64,000 nt of DNA, from assembly GCF_001949145.1 (NCBI RefSeq), contig NW_019091356.1:4198934-4262933 (forward strand), given 5' to 3'. The notes under the pieces are model-generated. The model saw only the letters and a program-made list of their open reading frames with translations, did not search any database and was not told the origin of the DNA. Each line of letters starts with the position of its first letter. The stretch's first letter is position 1. Of the stretch, positions 1 to 13,200 are shown piece after piece. This DNA is from Acanthaster planci. Taxonomy: Eukaryota. Position numbers and translations under genes: made by a program.

Positions 1-3000
1 ACAGAAAATATCGAGAGGCACATATTGGGAAGTGGCTTTGTTTAAAAAAACTGATCAAGGTGTTATCCCAAACTGCCTTAGCCTTGTACTTGAGCGAATT
101 TGATTACTGACGTAACTGCTCTGACTGTTAATAACAATTCCAGGTACCTCTGTATACAAATTTAGCTAGAAAAGATTTATCTTTCTGGAAAGTGCATCTA
201 CGTTTATCCACCATTTATAACCTGTAGAAAGAAGACCACCCTTTGCCTTTAGCTCGTTACGCCTTATCATGTTAAGGGAGCCATAAATAGCATTCAGTTC
301 TACCCCTTGTCGCTTATCAACGTTTTTTGCCCATCGTCCCACCAACAAGCATCCGAGGTTCCCTTTTATAAAGTCAGTTTACCCAGACCTGTGCTCGTAG
401 GAGAGCTGACGTTCCGTTGTAATGAAATGTTGACGGTAGATTATCTGCGAGATCATCAGATTTGGCAAGAGATGGCGTGGATGCTGTTTCATTAAAAGCG
501 CGCAACGCGCGCAACGTAGAGAGGACTGATTCTTTGGAGCTTTTTGGGTCGGCAGCTTGCCGCATCATTAATATTACAGGCACAAGTGATTTAGCGATAG
601 CATCTTGACATTTGGCCTAATTTGTGGACGAAATAATTTACAGGTAAAAAATGCATTTTATCTTGTCTTTACGATTTTACAGTTAATTTGTGCCACTATT
701 AACTAAGGCAATCCTGCTAATATACATGTTCATGCCCGAAATATCTTGTTATAAATATGTCTCAGGGCATATTTTGATCCGTTACACCAACTACAAGTGA
801 ATATTCAGGACCTTTCAGGTATTACTGAACGACATTCATCAGCGCGCACAAACCGGCTATATGGCAAAAACATTTTCCAAGATTACAGATGAATGCTGAC
901 ACGCACCACATATCCTGTGCGTGACGGACACGCCCAACTAATGGTGCAATCCGTCTAATCCAAGACGTTTAATTAGACGAAGACAGGAGACAATAAACAT
1001 CCTTGAACCATGAAGGTTGGAACAAGATGTGATTTATCTTTGGAAATAACATTTACTTGTTAGCTGTTCTGCCCTAATCGGCTGAGTATTGCATCATTGA
1101 TTATGAAATCTGGAACACGCGTGGGCGACGTAATTCAACCAAACAATGAAAAAATAAAGGACTACGTGTAGGGAATTTTAAAGATCACATAACACCTATT
1201 GAAGAAGCTAATTAGAAAAATTGCCAAAGTGAAAGTCTCAATCTATCGAAATGATAAATCAAAATCTGAACTGCAATATTGTAATCAAGAGCGTACGACT
1301 CTGACATTAATTTCAGACATTATAAAATCGCAGTCACGAAGGCTATTCGGAACAGTGCTTAGTAATATATCAAATGATTACTAGATATTGAAACATTCAA
1401 AACGCTTTTAAGAATTTTTTTTTTTAAGTTGTCACGACATTACCGTGCAGACTTTCAGAAACGCAAATGATTGGTGTACAGCGTCTGTTACCTGTGCCAT
1501 GTGTTTTAGCTATCTGGCTGCCCGTCAAGAAAGATCAGCACAAAGAACACATCACTTCAAAATGTACAATTAATTTCCAATGACATTTTAAAATTTGTTT
1601 CGCTTGAGATGCACTGTCGAGTGCGGATGGTGATATGGACAGGTTTGAAATGGTGCATCCTTTGGGGGCATTCGTGCATATCTGTCACACATTTGACAAA
1701 TTTAGCAGGCATGTACATTGACACTCACGGTAATGTATTAAAATAGGTTATAGACAAAACATGTTCAAAAGGTAAGCCATCATTGTCATATAACATTCGC
1801 AGGTCCAAAATAATTTGTCACACTATTGAGCTGAAATTATTCAGGACATTGAATAACACAGGACAAACGTAGAACAAAGGTGAAGAAGGACTAACCATGT
1901 TGTTGTACATTAATGTTGGATTACAGGGTAATGACTAGTACCAGGAAATTCAATATGCTAGACATAAAAACAGATTACATGAAAGCGGGTTATTATACAA
2001 AAATGGGTCGAGTGACGAATGAAATCTGCTTTTCTTGTTCCATTCTGCCACTGCAAATAAATCTTGACATAATGAAAACAGCTCCAAGGAGACACATATA
2101 TGTGATATGAGGCTTACAGTTTTTAGCTTGCAAAACATAATGCGATGACTCGACTCTCAATTCAAATTGCAGATTGGTGTCCACGTGTTTAGGAGAAGAC
2201 TGTGTGGCGTCTAACTTAATTCTTATCAAAGACGTGTTAATTAAACAGGCCTCGTGGTTGCACTGTGACCATTCATGTTAGACTGTTTCATCTCCAGTGG
2301 CACCTGCTAGTAAATCGTCAACGATGGATGTGCTAACATGAAGGGATTAAAAAATGAAACATACTCAGGGTGTGATTCGAACGATTTTTGGTGGCTTTTT
2401 CCAGCTTGGTCGAATGTTGAACTGGGGTAGCTATTAAGATGGAAACTTGAATGGTTAGGGGAAGGGCACTTCGTTTAGGTAGGTGCCTTAGGACATTATC
2501 AATGTTCATTTCATTTGAGTTGATATTGAAGCTGTGGGTTTCACCTTTTACAAAATATAGTTGAGGCACTTCATTTTGAGGTTACCTTGAAGCGAAGCAA
2601 ATCGAGGCTGAGGGAGTAACACATTTAGGTAAAGTAAAGAAATGAAGTTACAAAACGTGGATTGTTGTTTCAATCTTTGCAGTATTTCAAAGCAATATGG
2701 CTCCGCAGAATTTTAGAGAGAACTTAGAGTGTTTGAGATGTTGACTTACAGATGTTGTCTCAGATGTACATTTTAAAGTACATCCCCAAGCACTATGAAG
2801 TGTTTTCCATATTACCCTGCTGTTTAAACTTAATGATCAATTGTGACGCACGGATTCATCTCTTTGAGTTTTTGATAAGGTCGTGTTGTATTTCTACGCT
2901 ATAAAACTCACATATTTGCTATATGACAAATGCTATGGAGTTGCACTGAGCTTGTGCTAGCTTGCTTAAATCGGATTTTAAGCCATTAAGAAGGCATCTA

Positions 3001-4799
3001 TGCCAAAGAGTGACGCATGTCGCTCAGGTATGACGGAGAAAAGACCGATCTGCACTGCTCTGACAGGAAACGAGTTCCTGTAATAGGCACACATTAGTCC
3101 AGATTATGGACCGAGACGACAGAAACAAAGTTCCCATGCAGCTGCTTTGGAAGTCAACAACGCAGGAAAACAATCAGAACTCAAGCAGTGCACATCACAA
3201 CGGAAATGGTAACTCTTACTTTTTAAAAACGATCATCCTATCGGGAGACCCCTATTCTCATCGTATACGCTTGTCTCCCATCATCCGTCAAACGTAAGTT
3301 TGACAGGACTATGCGAATCTTCCCCCACTTTGAGGCAAAGTCGGGGCGGTAGGTGATAAAAGGACCCCTTCAAATGTCGTAAACTTCACTGCATTAAGGC
3401 TCTCGATACAGACCAAGTAGTTGTGAAAGCGTAAGACGTAACTATGACGTAACGAATTCAGAGGCCCTCTTTTCCAAATGGTTTATACCATTGCCTCCAC
3501 TGAAGCAAGTCTGCGGCCCAAAGAAATAAAGCGGAAATCTTGCGAGTCAAGGCAACGAGTCAAGCAGGCGTTTGCATGAATTCAGTGCAGACTAAGATAT
3601 AGGTTATTTCTCTGTTTCATAAGAAAAGGAAATAAGAAAGAGGGAAACTTGATATCAAAGCAGTTTTAAATGATTAAGGAATTATAAAAACTGTATGACG
3701 TTTCATGAGCATTACTATACCACACCAAAGCCATACTAAATTTCCTAATGGCATTTCAATGATGAAGAGAAGGGCATTTTATTTGCATGAGATTTTTTTT
3801 AGAACTAACTGTCGAAAATGCTTTTACATTTTTATGTTGTTTCACTGTTCATCGCAGTTTGTTTCGAGAGGCACGCACGAATTTAAGTATTTTTGTATCC
3901 TTTGAAAATTTAGTTTAACAAACAGGTAATTTCTTCACTGTTATAAAGGCAAATAAATGCAAATAAACCCTACCTCCGGACAGGCACGATCTCCCCACAA
4001 TCTCGGCTTTGACTAAAACGAGACATCTATTTAATTCCGTGTACCCTTACAACTCATTAACCCATATGCCTTTTGAGGGTCAGTGCCGAGTCTTGAGCTC
4101 ACCCTTGGGCTTCCGAGAAAAGAAAGAGAAAAGAAAGATATTTGGAAGGAAACTCACGCAGTCGCTGACGACGGCTCCACAGTTATACATGGAGAAGAAA
4201 AAAGCCAGGGCCTAGCTGTCTGATGCATCCCTCGTGCTATTTTGCCTCAGTATATGCACCATTTGGTTATAATCCGAACCTTGGGTTATTCGTCACGCAC
4301 GGTAATTTAGGAATGGAAGCAGGCAAACTGCTATTTTCCTCTTTACGCTGGCTGACACCAAGCACACATCATTATCTTGCGTACCAAACAGGTCTTATTT
4401 CAGATACCAGGATTGTCTTTCTTTTATCTTTTATTTTTTGCTAGCAGGCTTCCCTCGCATCACATTGTGAAGTGTTACAAATTATGGGGTGATTGATACC
4501 ATATATGTTTGCATCTTTGCAATGCTTTGGAAATTAAATCATGAATTTAAAAGTAAATGGAAATCGTAGTCGTAGTTTCTATATATGAGCCTGCCAACGT
4601 CATGCATGTTTTCATACTGTTCACACAGACAAGCAAGCTACCAATATCTCTTAGTATATTTGTCTTTTGTCGTTCTCTTGCTCAACCCACTTATAGCCTG
4701 TCAAGGAGGCAACTCATTCGGAACGAAATGTGACCGGAAAACAGAATCTGTTCCTCTGTCGTCACATCGTAACCTTTGACATCAGCTCTACATAGGTCT

Positions 4800-5285
4800 A
4801 TTCATCACGCCTTTACCACGAGCGCCTCTCTCGATATACGTGTCGATCCCTGTCCTCGGGTTTATTCAGCGATCTTGGACTCCACTGAGCGGCGGATTTT
4901 AGGGCTGGAGGAAAAGAATGACTGATTTCTTGCCGGTACTGTCCTGGCGTGTGAAAAAAGTTCGTCTCACTTATACGGGCGATCTAGCTTCGAGCTGGGG
5001 GCGTTCTTCGCCGATGGCGCTGAATGGTAATCCAACCTGCTGTACACTGACTCTTCAGCTACCGTTCAGTATGGTGTCCAGGCTACACCGTGCCATGCTG
5101 TAATGCTTTTAAGCCGTTGCTTTTCGATTGTCTATGCAGAAATCGAAGCTGACGCTCACTGGTCAGGTTTTATCGTGCCGGAGTGCGAGAGGCCACGGTC
5201 TACGGATTTTCCCGTAACCCAGAGTTTTACGTCTATCATTTTACCCATGGGAAGGCTAACATCTAATTCCGGGTAGATGTCCCAG
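4800..5285 (+). promoter_or_regulatory. Candidate promoter/first exon ending in ATG TCC CAG | GTAAGA (peptide MSQ, phase 0)
   Basis: Locally CpG/GC-rich segment. ATG at 5277-5279, strong donor CAG|GTAAGA at 5286-5291, AT-rich sequence follows. 5' boundary approximate. Confidence 0.3.
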
Positions 5286-5386
5286 GTAAGACAGAAACTT
5301 TTTTTCATAATTCATTATTCATAATTGCAGTCCAAGTAAGATTAGCCGACATTTTTCACATCAGTTCAGGAACAGTATTTCGGTTT

Positions 5387-5400
5387 GTTGCCATTGCAAC
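5387..5400. promoter_or_regulatory. RFX X-box-like site
   Basis: GTTGCCATTGCAAC, one mismatch from the palindromic X-box GTTGCCATGGCAAC. Confidence 0.4.
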
Positions 5401-5569
5401 GCATGAATGCGTTTAATAGCTATACAGTGGAAGACTTGCAATGCTGGGATTCTCTGACTCAGCAGTTGTTAATATTTTATCAGCTTTTTTGTTCCTGTTT
5501 CGATTCAAGAACACTGGAACGGTCACGAAGAAAGGCTTTGATCACACTAAATGAAATGCAGTAATATGG

Positions 5570-5582
5570 AGGTCAAAGGTCA
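5570..5582 (+). promoter_or_regulatory. Perfect nuclear-receptor DR1 element
   Basis: AGGTCA-A-AGGTCA, the canonical DR1 bound by RXR/HNF4/COUP-TF class receptors. Function untested. Confidence 0.4.
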
Positions 5583-5805
5583 TGGGCCATACCCTGTCAG
5601 TTGGTCTTACCATCTAATTTGCCAGCAAGGTGTTCTCACAAACACCTTATTTTGTTTTAAAGTTCTTTTGGCTTGTATGCCAACAAAAACTACATTTTGA
5701 CCCACGTCTTAAAAGTTATTCGTCTTGCGTCATTGGTATTTGGAAAGAATTAAAGGCTTAGAGAAAGACATGAAGGAAATTGACTAACACAAACGGATGG
5801 AGTTG

Positions 5806-6222
5806 CACTGGCGTACCAAGGATTTGTCGTGGGGGACCGAATCCCCAACTCATTATGCTCAATACAAGCCAGCAATGAGACCGAGGGGTATCTGCCAACA
5901 TGTCCAATCCCCATACACACTATTGGCTAGTATTATCTAACATACCCCCCCTAGATGTCTGAAAAGAATTCCTCATATTCCAGTGAGACAATGACCAACA
6001 CAAGGCGGCGGGGGGGGGTTCTCTCCGTCTCATCTCTTGCATATATGTTATGCTCAAGCCCTCGAGTTCTCCCCCGGTTACGTCAGAGGGAAGTAGGATT
6101 TTGGGCTATATCAGAGCTGAATAGTTTTAAGAAGGTGTACATGTATATTGTGTTGCCTTCGTTTTCCAGAAAAAAACACCTCTTGGGGTCTGAAGCCGCC
6201 CCCACCCCCATGTGCACCACTG
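5806..6222. mobile_element. MITE-like non-autonomous element, family A copy 1
   Basis: Imperfect terminal inverted repeats CACTGGCGTAC (5806) and GTGCACCACTG (6212-6222) with G/C-run subtermini. The internal part 5878-6047 aligns to 59380-59544. Confidence 0.6.
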
Positions 6223-7037
6223 TCGAGTTGGAAACTCTAAAAAAAAACAGAAAAAGAAAAAAAAGAATAAGGTTTCGTACCCAAATTTGATGAATTGTAT
6301 CGCCAGCCAAACCTTTAAATGGCCAAACTCTTGTGAAGCAGTGATTGCGAGCAGTAATCAGTTGGTCCCGGAATCAAACGATGAGACTCTATGATCTACC
6401 TGACAGCGAGTTAGCAACAGATCATTATTACAGGCTGAACCAGAGATTCAATCTGGGGAGAGTTGTTTGTGCGGGAAAAAGCGGCTCTGTACTCGGGTTT
6501 GATAAATGCGTACGGGGAACACGTACTTGATCATCAGCGGAGAGAGCGACGACAAATACGGGGTCTGAAGGGGCGTCCATGAGGGCTTGCCGGGGCCCGT
6601 GATCGCCATACCTGATTGATGCTCCAGACAATTATTCCACGAAGCCAGGGGGTTTTACATCTATACCTTCCACCTACCGTCAGCTCAGGTGCTAGAGACG
6701 TGTAGGGCCTGTATCTCACAGGGTCAACGCACTTTGTCACGTTGGCTCTCCTTTAAACGGACATTAAAGCCTGCTGGAGTCGAATATTCACCATTCCAAT
6801 CCAGGTCATTTTTGTGATTGGGATTGTTCAGTTTAAATTGTAATGATAAAAAAGTACACGAATTAACGAGTGACTGAAAATATCGCGAGACATTCGATCG
6901 GTGCTCTGTCAGAAGGGGCCCAACTATGGATTAATCCGACGAGACACCATTACTGTGATTGCACCACACATGGGCGTTTTTAAATTTTGATGTGGGCGTG
7001 CATTTGTCAAGTGCAGCTTCCTATTCACCTCAAACCT

Positions 7038-7221
7038 AAGCACCCCCTCACCGGTTCAGAAGATCCATAATTATTGGTCGGGAGTATTCATTTTGTGGAT
7101 AGCAATGCGACCGTAACGCGTGTGTTTCATAGACATTTAATGAACCAGCGAAAATTCAGTTCCGACCAAAGGAGTCTCCGTTGCTAAGAAAATTATGTCC
7201 TCTCTTGGTTCAGCTCGAGGC
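7038..7221 (+). repeat. Dispersed repeat family B copy 1
   Basis: Colinear with 45063-45241. Shared blocks include AAGCACCCCCTCA, TTGGTCGG, GCGACCGTAACGCGTG, CAGTTCCGACCAAAGGAG, CTCCGTTGCT and GTCCTCTCTTGGT. Confidence 0.85.
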
Positions 7222-10200
7222 AAATTGGTGGAAAAGATATTTAACGCGAGCGGACTGCCTGCGAGCAAGCGTGGTTCCACCACAGTAATCACTCCTAATT
7301 CAGTTCCTAGATGAATCGGTACAGTGATGTTTGTAACCTCTTTTTTCGGAGGGGGCACTCGGTGTTTTGCTGATAGCTTCGGAAAAAACTTCTTTTTCGT
7401 TTCACCAAAGTCCGGGGGAGGGGGGCACGGTTGGGGATTACGGTGGAGATGCAAAGTGCGTCTATAGGTCTTGCTGGTAGGTATAAACGGATCATGTGAG
7501 GAGTAAAGATCCGTCACAACACGCGCGGAATTGATACAACCATGGTTTTGTAGCTCTATGGTTCAACATCACGACTACAAATCGGACCTGGTTTATGTAA
7601 ATTGATTGATGTAAATGATTATATTTAGGTTGGCGTCTGCAAGTAACCTCAATCGAAATAGATGCCTGATACATGCAGGATGTCATGCAACATAGTACAG
7701 TGGATACATCTAACTCTTTAGGAATATTAAGTAGTGTTCCGATTTCAAAGTGGCGCGTGTAACACAATTTTCCGACCGAATTGCAAGTGACATAGTACAA
7801 TGGCAGAAAGGCATAATGACACCTCTAAACCTGCAGCAGGCGGGGAACTTTCAATTGAGTAATCTAGGCCACAGCAGTAACACTAACGATTACTCATACA
7901 TTCAAAGTCACATCCACTTAGGCGTAACCGTCGTCCCAGAGATTTTCAATATTGGCGCGTGAAGGCTTTGATCGCACGGCCGGAAGCAAATTGTTTTTCT
8001 CGGTCTGGAACTCCTCCAAACCTAACGATACCATGCAATGCTAAAACGATGCCATTATGAGTGTTTTTTCTGCCATTATCACTCCATTTTGTGATGCACG
8101 TAGTTACTATGTAATGGCATCGATCGATCTGGGTGTTATTTCATTGGATAGACGAACGGAAAGCATCGCTTACAATAAGACAGCTATAGTGTCGACAGGT
8201 CACTTTCGATTCACACTCTTGTGGAGTGGATAAGTTTTATTACTTTCTGGCGGATACAAGAGCTCACGTCGTAACAGGTTATAAGACAATACGCTATATT
8301 ACAGACAATCTTTCCCGAAAGAAACAAATGCCTGTCGACAGCTTTCTCAGTTTAATTAATGTCCTCATAGTTGGTGTTTATTCACAAATTGCTGACGTTT
8401 CTCCTGGCAACTGGTGTATAACTTTGTATGTTCCCAGGTTGTGTTCTTTCCCCTTAAATTGGAATTTAAAATAACGAGGCTATGCAACCGAGGCCTGTGG
8501 GCTATAGTGGATATCTTATGGAAAATTGTGAACTGAATCTAGCAGGATTTGATTCATTGTCTGCAGTCTTGCATAAAAAAATTTATATTTCTGATCCCTT
8601 GTGCCTTCTCCTTACGAGGGCAATAGCTTGCCAAGATGAGACCGGAGGTAGAAAATTCACCAACTCCCCGTTCAGCTGTCAGTCTTGGAGCCATCAACTA
8701 TTGGGAGCGCGATCAAGCCTACTAATCCTTACTGAAATCAAGGCTAGTCATGGCCAGCCTTGGCCACCGTACCACCATTCCCCTCCCTCCTACAACGACG
8801 TACAGCCCCCTGGCTTATAGTAAACAGCCCCGCGGTGGTGCTGTGGAATCCTCTTTTTCGGTCGTTGACTCTACACGCCTTGTTGAACTCATTTTGACCA
8901 ATATGTTGGGCGAGCAGTGGAAACGAGAGTCAGGATCAGCCAAGCAGGTTGCCGTTGTGTCATTAAAGAGAGCTCTGATCGGGGATCCAAATTAAGACAT
9001 TGATGCAAAACTGGAACGGGGAGGATGCTTATCACGCTTAGGCCGTCTACCACCGATTTAAACTCAAAAGTGAGTCACTCGAATACGTTATACGTAAAAT
9101 GTCCGGCGTGGTGCAGTCATGCATTTTAAAAGCTCTCGTTTGCTGGATGTGTTTTTGTTCACCATGCTCATGATAGTCATTCAATGAGCAATTGCAACAC
9201 CATTAGACCTGTTTCCTTATTTACAGCTGAAATCTAGGTTTTTAATTTTGTGGAAATAATTTCGTACCTGTATGCACTAAGTCAAACCCTTTGAAACCAT
9301 CTGGCTTCACAAACTGTCGTATTGGATGCCAAAACCAAAACAAATCCACACCTGTGGTGGCTTTGGCAGTGAGTCTTTACTGTTTGCGGTTACTTTTCAA
9401 TGTTTGAGTTTTTATCAATAGTTAAGTCGTAAGAACATTAAATTAAAATTCCCTTTAAGCAGACACCTTTTTTTTTTTTACAAAAATCAATACAGAAAAA
9501 GGGCTAAACGTAACATGCATGCGTACGTGGCAGCATTTCGCACCTACAGGAAGACCCCGACGTCATCCTTGGTATTTATACACCATTTTGCGACAAGACC
9601 TCTCCGGTAAAAATGGAATAAATCGTTCACTTTTGTTTTCAATTTTGAGTGTGGCCCCACTAAAATGCCATAAATCCAATATTTGATCCTCAGCTCCTGA
9701 ACACTTAGCTTTTTAACCCTTTCTTTCCCGGTCCCCGGAGGAGAAGAAAAACAGGAGGCAAGCAAATAAATGGCAGGGATGGTAGAAGGAGCGTCTAAGA
9801 CGCTTTTAATCGATGTCCGGTCGTAGTCAAACAGCTTCAACCGACTAGCTTCCTTCCCAGACGTCTTTTGCTATGCCCCGATCCTCCCTATTTTTATCAT
9901 AGTACGGCAGGTAAAAACCTGTCTTGAGGAAACACGCTGATGGTTGACGTGTTTATCATGGGCCTTTTTCAGGCGCAGGCATATCGTAAAAAAAAGAACA
10001 ATCGAACTTATGGAAACCCCCTTTTGAAATGTTAGTTTCCTATGTGACTTTATGAAATGGAAAGCATTCCGATCTCTCATAATGAGTACTCTTTGGCTTT
10101 GCTAATTCTCGGATCTACTTGAGCACACGGCTTTAGAATATCGGTGAAAACAGTGTCTCCCACGAAGTATTTGTCTTCACCTGCTGCGAATCCAGAACGT

Positions 10201-13200
10201 AAATATAAAGTTGATCTGTGTCTATACACTTGACCTAAATACAACATTCATGTTGTCGCTTCAACCTTATTGCCTTTGGTAACGATGAAAGGTTCCTTCA
10301 AGATGAAATTTGGGGAGGGCTTGTTTCTGACATGTTTCGAACGAGCATCATTATCATCACTTTTTAGTTTATTTTACCTAGTACGTTCTGCGTATGTAAT
10401 TGGATGCGTCTGTGCTCTAGAAAATGATCACTGATTAGATTGAGTGTCATTGCACACTACATGACTGTACATAATATTCTGAAATAAAAAGTCGAACGTT
10501 CAACGTTTAAATTTGCCCGTTTTCTTCATGGCAGTAAAAACATTATTGAAAGTCTGTTCATACGCCACCAGCTTGGGCATTTCAATACATGGTCACCGTC
10601 TTTTCAATTTAAAATCCTTGTGGCCTATTCAATTTTTTGTCCGAGCAATCGAGGCCCAGTGTAAATGTATGGGTATAAATACATGGAAATGTCTGTGCAG
10701 TTTATTCCCGTGATTCCTGCCTGGGTTAACATAATTTCCTCTGCCGTATCTCCCAACGGCTATAGCCTTTCGTTTATACGGTCTAGTGTTTCAATGCAAT
10801 AACCTTGCTTGCATCTCAAAACCACAGTTCATTAACGGCTTGATCCCTAAAGATTATACATACGCGTTCCGTAGTTGTGGGGTCAATCATTACCTCACAA
10901 GTTTAATATTTCACCTATTTTGAGGGGACCGAAAACTTTGTGGCACAGACAAATGTCCCGACAACTTTAAGTCCTATACTTTGCCAACAAAAGAAATTAT
11001 CCTGTTAAAGTAGCGAAGCCTTGCCCGTGGACACACCCGAAAATATACATTCTAATCAATCTAATTATGGGGTTGTGTCTTCTGATGACCGAAATTCTCT
11101 TTTGTTTAAACTTTTTTTTTCTTTTTTGAAGGAATGTCCGCCGTCGTTAATCTGAAAAGAATGATATTTCGGCAACTGTTCGTGTTATTTTTATCCTGGA
11201 ATATGGAAGAAATAAAAATCAGTAACATCTTAATTTCTAAAATTGAGACTTTAAACGGCATTGGTAGAGGAGCTTTTCCTTTTGCCCCTTTTGGCTCGGG
11301 CATGCGTAACCATTAATCTCGCTCTACCATCTTCAACAGAGACACAGACTGTAAGATTCATACTATAGGGCCGACCCGAGTTCCTTGAAGCAATCATTGT
11401 GATGAGGGGTTTCGTCATCCACGCTGTGTTGACTGCGGTATCGAGCTGTAACTCCGTGTCAGCAAAGTCCGCACAGTTTATAATTAAGGCCTTGCCACAT
11501 TTTATATTGGGGTGATAATTTGCACGCTGCCGAAATCAAGCGATACCCAACAATCATTAAACGGTATCCACCCCAATGGGGTATCCAACTGAAAAGCATG
11601 CCTAAATGTAATTGATGGAACTCATTAAACTATACATGTATATGAAAATGAACAACCTTGTCGGCATCAGGGTATAACGAATGAAGCTGTTCCGAAGCAT
11701 ACGCTGTTTTGTAAACGTGTTTGAGTATCGTGCATACCACCCCTAGGGGGACGTGCTATTGCACTCGAGGCGCTGCTGTAGATTCATGAGGCTACCTGCT
11801 ATGATGTTGTTCACCGCGGTACGACTATTATACATACAGGATTGCAGTTATGAAAGTAATTAAATTCCGTTTGGACGAAGAATGGGCACTTCGCACTTCC
11901 TGGCTGTCACCGAAGGGCATAACCATTAGAGTTCGCGATGGGCCTAACATCTCAACAGAACAGAAACTGAACAGACTTTTGGCCTCATTATGTATCCTTA
12001 AAAAGTTTGTCGTTGAAAAAAAAACTGGTAGGCGGTGAGCTACACATCCACCATTACATTACTTACAGACTTAGAAATAGACTTACATACAGAAATAGAT
12101 TTCAACCCCTGAGGGACATGTGTTAAATTTTAACAGCAAGAATTGAAGAAATTGGTTTTGCCTTGAAGGGAGTCGCTCTCTTCTCTATCCATTTTAAAGG
12201 CAGTCTAGGAGGTAACAGGTTGACTAGCTGTGAAAACCATGCTAAACAATTAATAGTCCTTCGGTAGAAACAGACGGCATGCTTTTTCCTCATTCCATCT
12301 TGCTTATCGCTAATGACCGTAGTGAAAACAAATAGATATTGTTCGCATATAATTATCTTGCGTCGACAGATGCTTTGTACCATTATGAATACGGTCCTTG
12401 CAACACAGTGACATATTAATTGACGCATATACGAGAACATATTGCTCAATACGATTTCAAGCAATTCCATGTACGCCTATCGTTCCCGTCTCTATAAAAG
12501 GTTTCTTTCTCTGAATACGAACGAATTTCCATGGTTCAGCACTATAGTTGAAAGCCTCATTCAATATTTTGTGAGAAAAAAAAAGCAGACCTGTCCAAAA
12601 AAAAAAAAATACAACAAGAGAGAAAGAGCACGTATGGTGTGCGTATAACTCTCTGTCATCACAAAAATCTCTTCCTCTGCAAGCTGGTTTTTATTTGCAA
12701 AGGGTGTTTATTAACCTGAGCGAAGACGAAGATAACCAAGATCATGCCAGATGCCTTTCTCTAGCATGGTTTCCGGGTGTCTATCAAGTTTTTGTGTCCA
12801 AGCATCAGATCGAATGCGTGTGATTTTTAATCATTGGGATTTGCTGCCACTATGCTTGCAAGAGCATAAAGTTGTTGACATCGATATGAAATCTCTTTAA
12901 AATAATTTATAATTTGGGCCACTCAGATAAAAAACCATTTAGTGCAAAGACTGAAAAAAACAACAAAATTGGTAGGCCTGATGCAGCATCACAGTAACCG
13001 TTCTACGCCAATCATTAAAATCGCAGAATTGGAAACTGTGTATCACATTTGAACTTAAGGCAAATGTTTGTGTAATCTTACACATGCTAGAAAATGGTCT
13101 TTCAAAGTCTTTTATGTTTTGCTGATGGTGACGTCATAGCTTGTAACAATGAGCTGAATATTTTGGGCCTATATTCTTGTTACTCAAACATACTTTATCC

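Noticed and set aside
6744..6756. GGCTCTCCTTTAA shared with about 48954-48966 as a possible transposon terminus
   Set aside because: The flanks do not align, and 13-mer matches are expected many times within 64 kb.
6805..6818. GTCATTTTTGTGAT resembles the start of miR-153-5p
   Set aside because: No complementary TTGCATAGTCACAAAAG 3' arm follows, and a short match is expected by chance.
11082..11094. CTGATGA-CC-GAAA hammerhead-like core
   Set aside because: There is no room for stem II and no convincing stems I/III.
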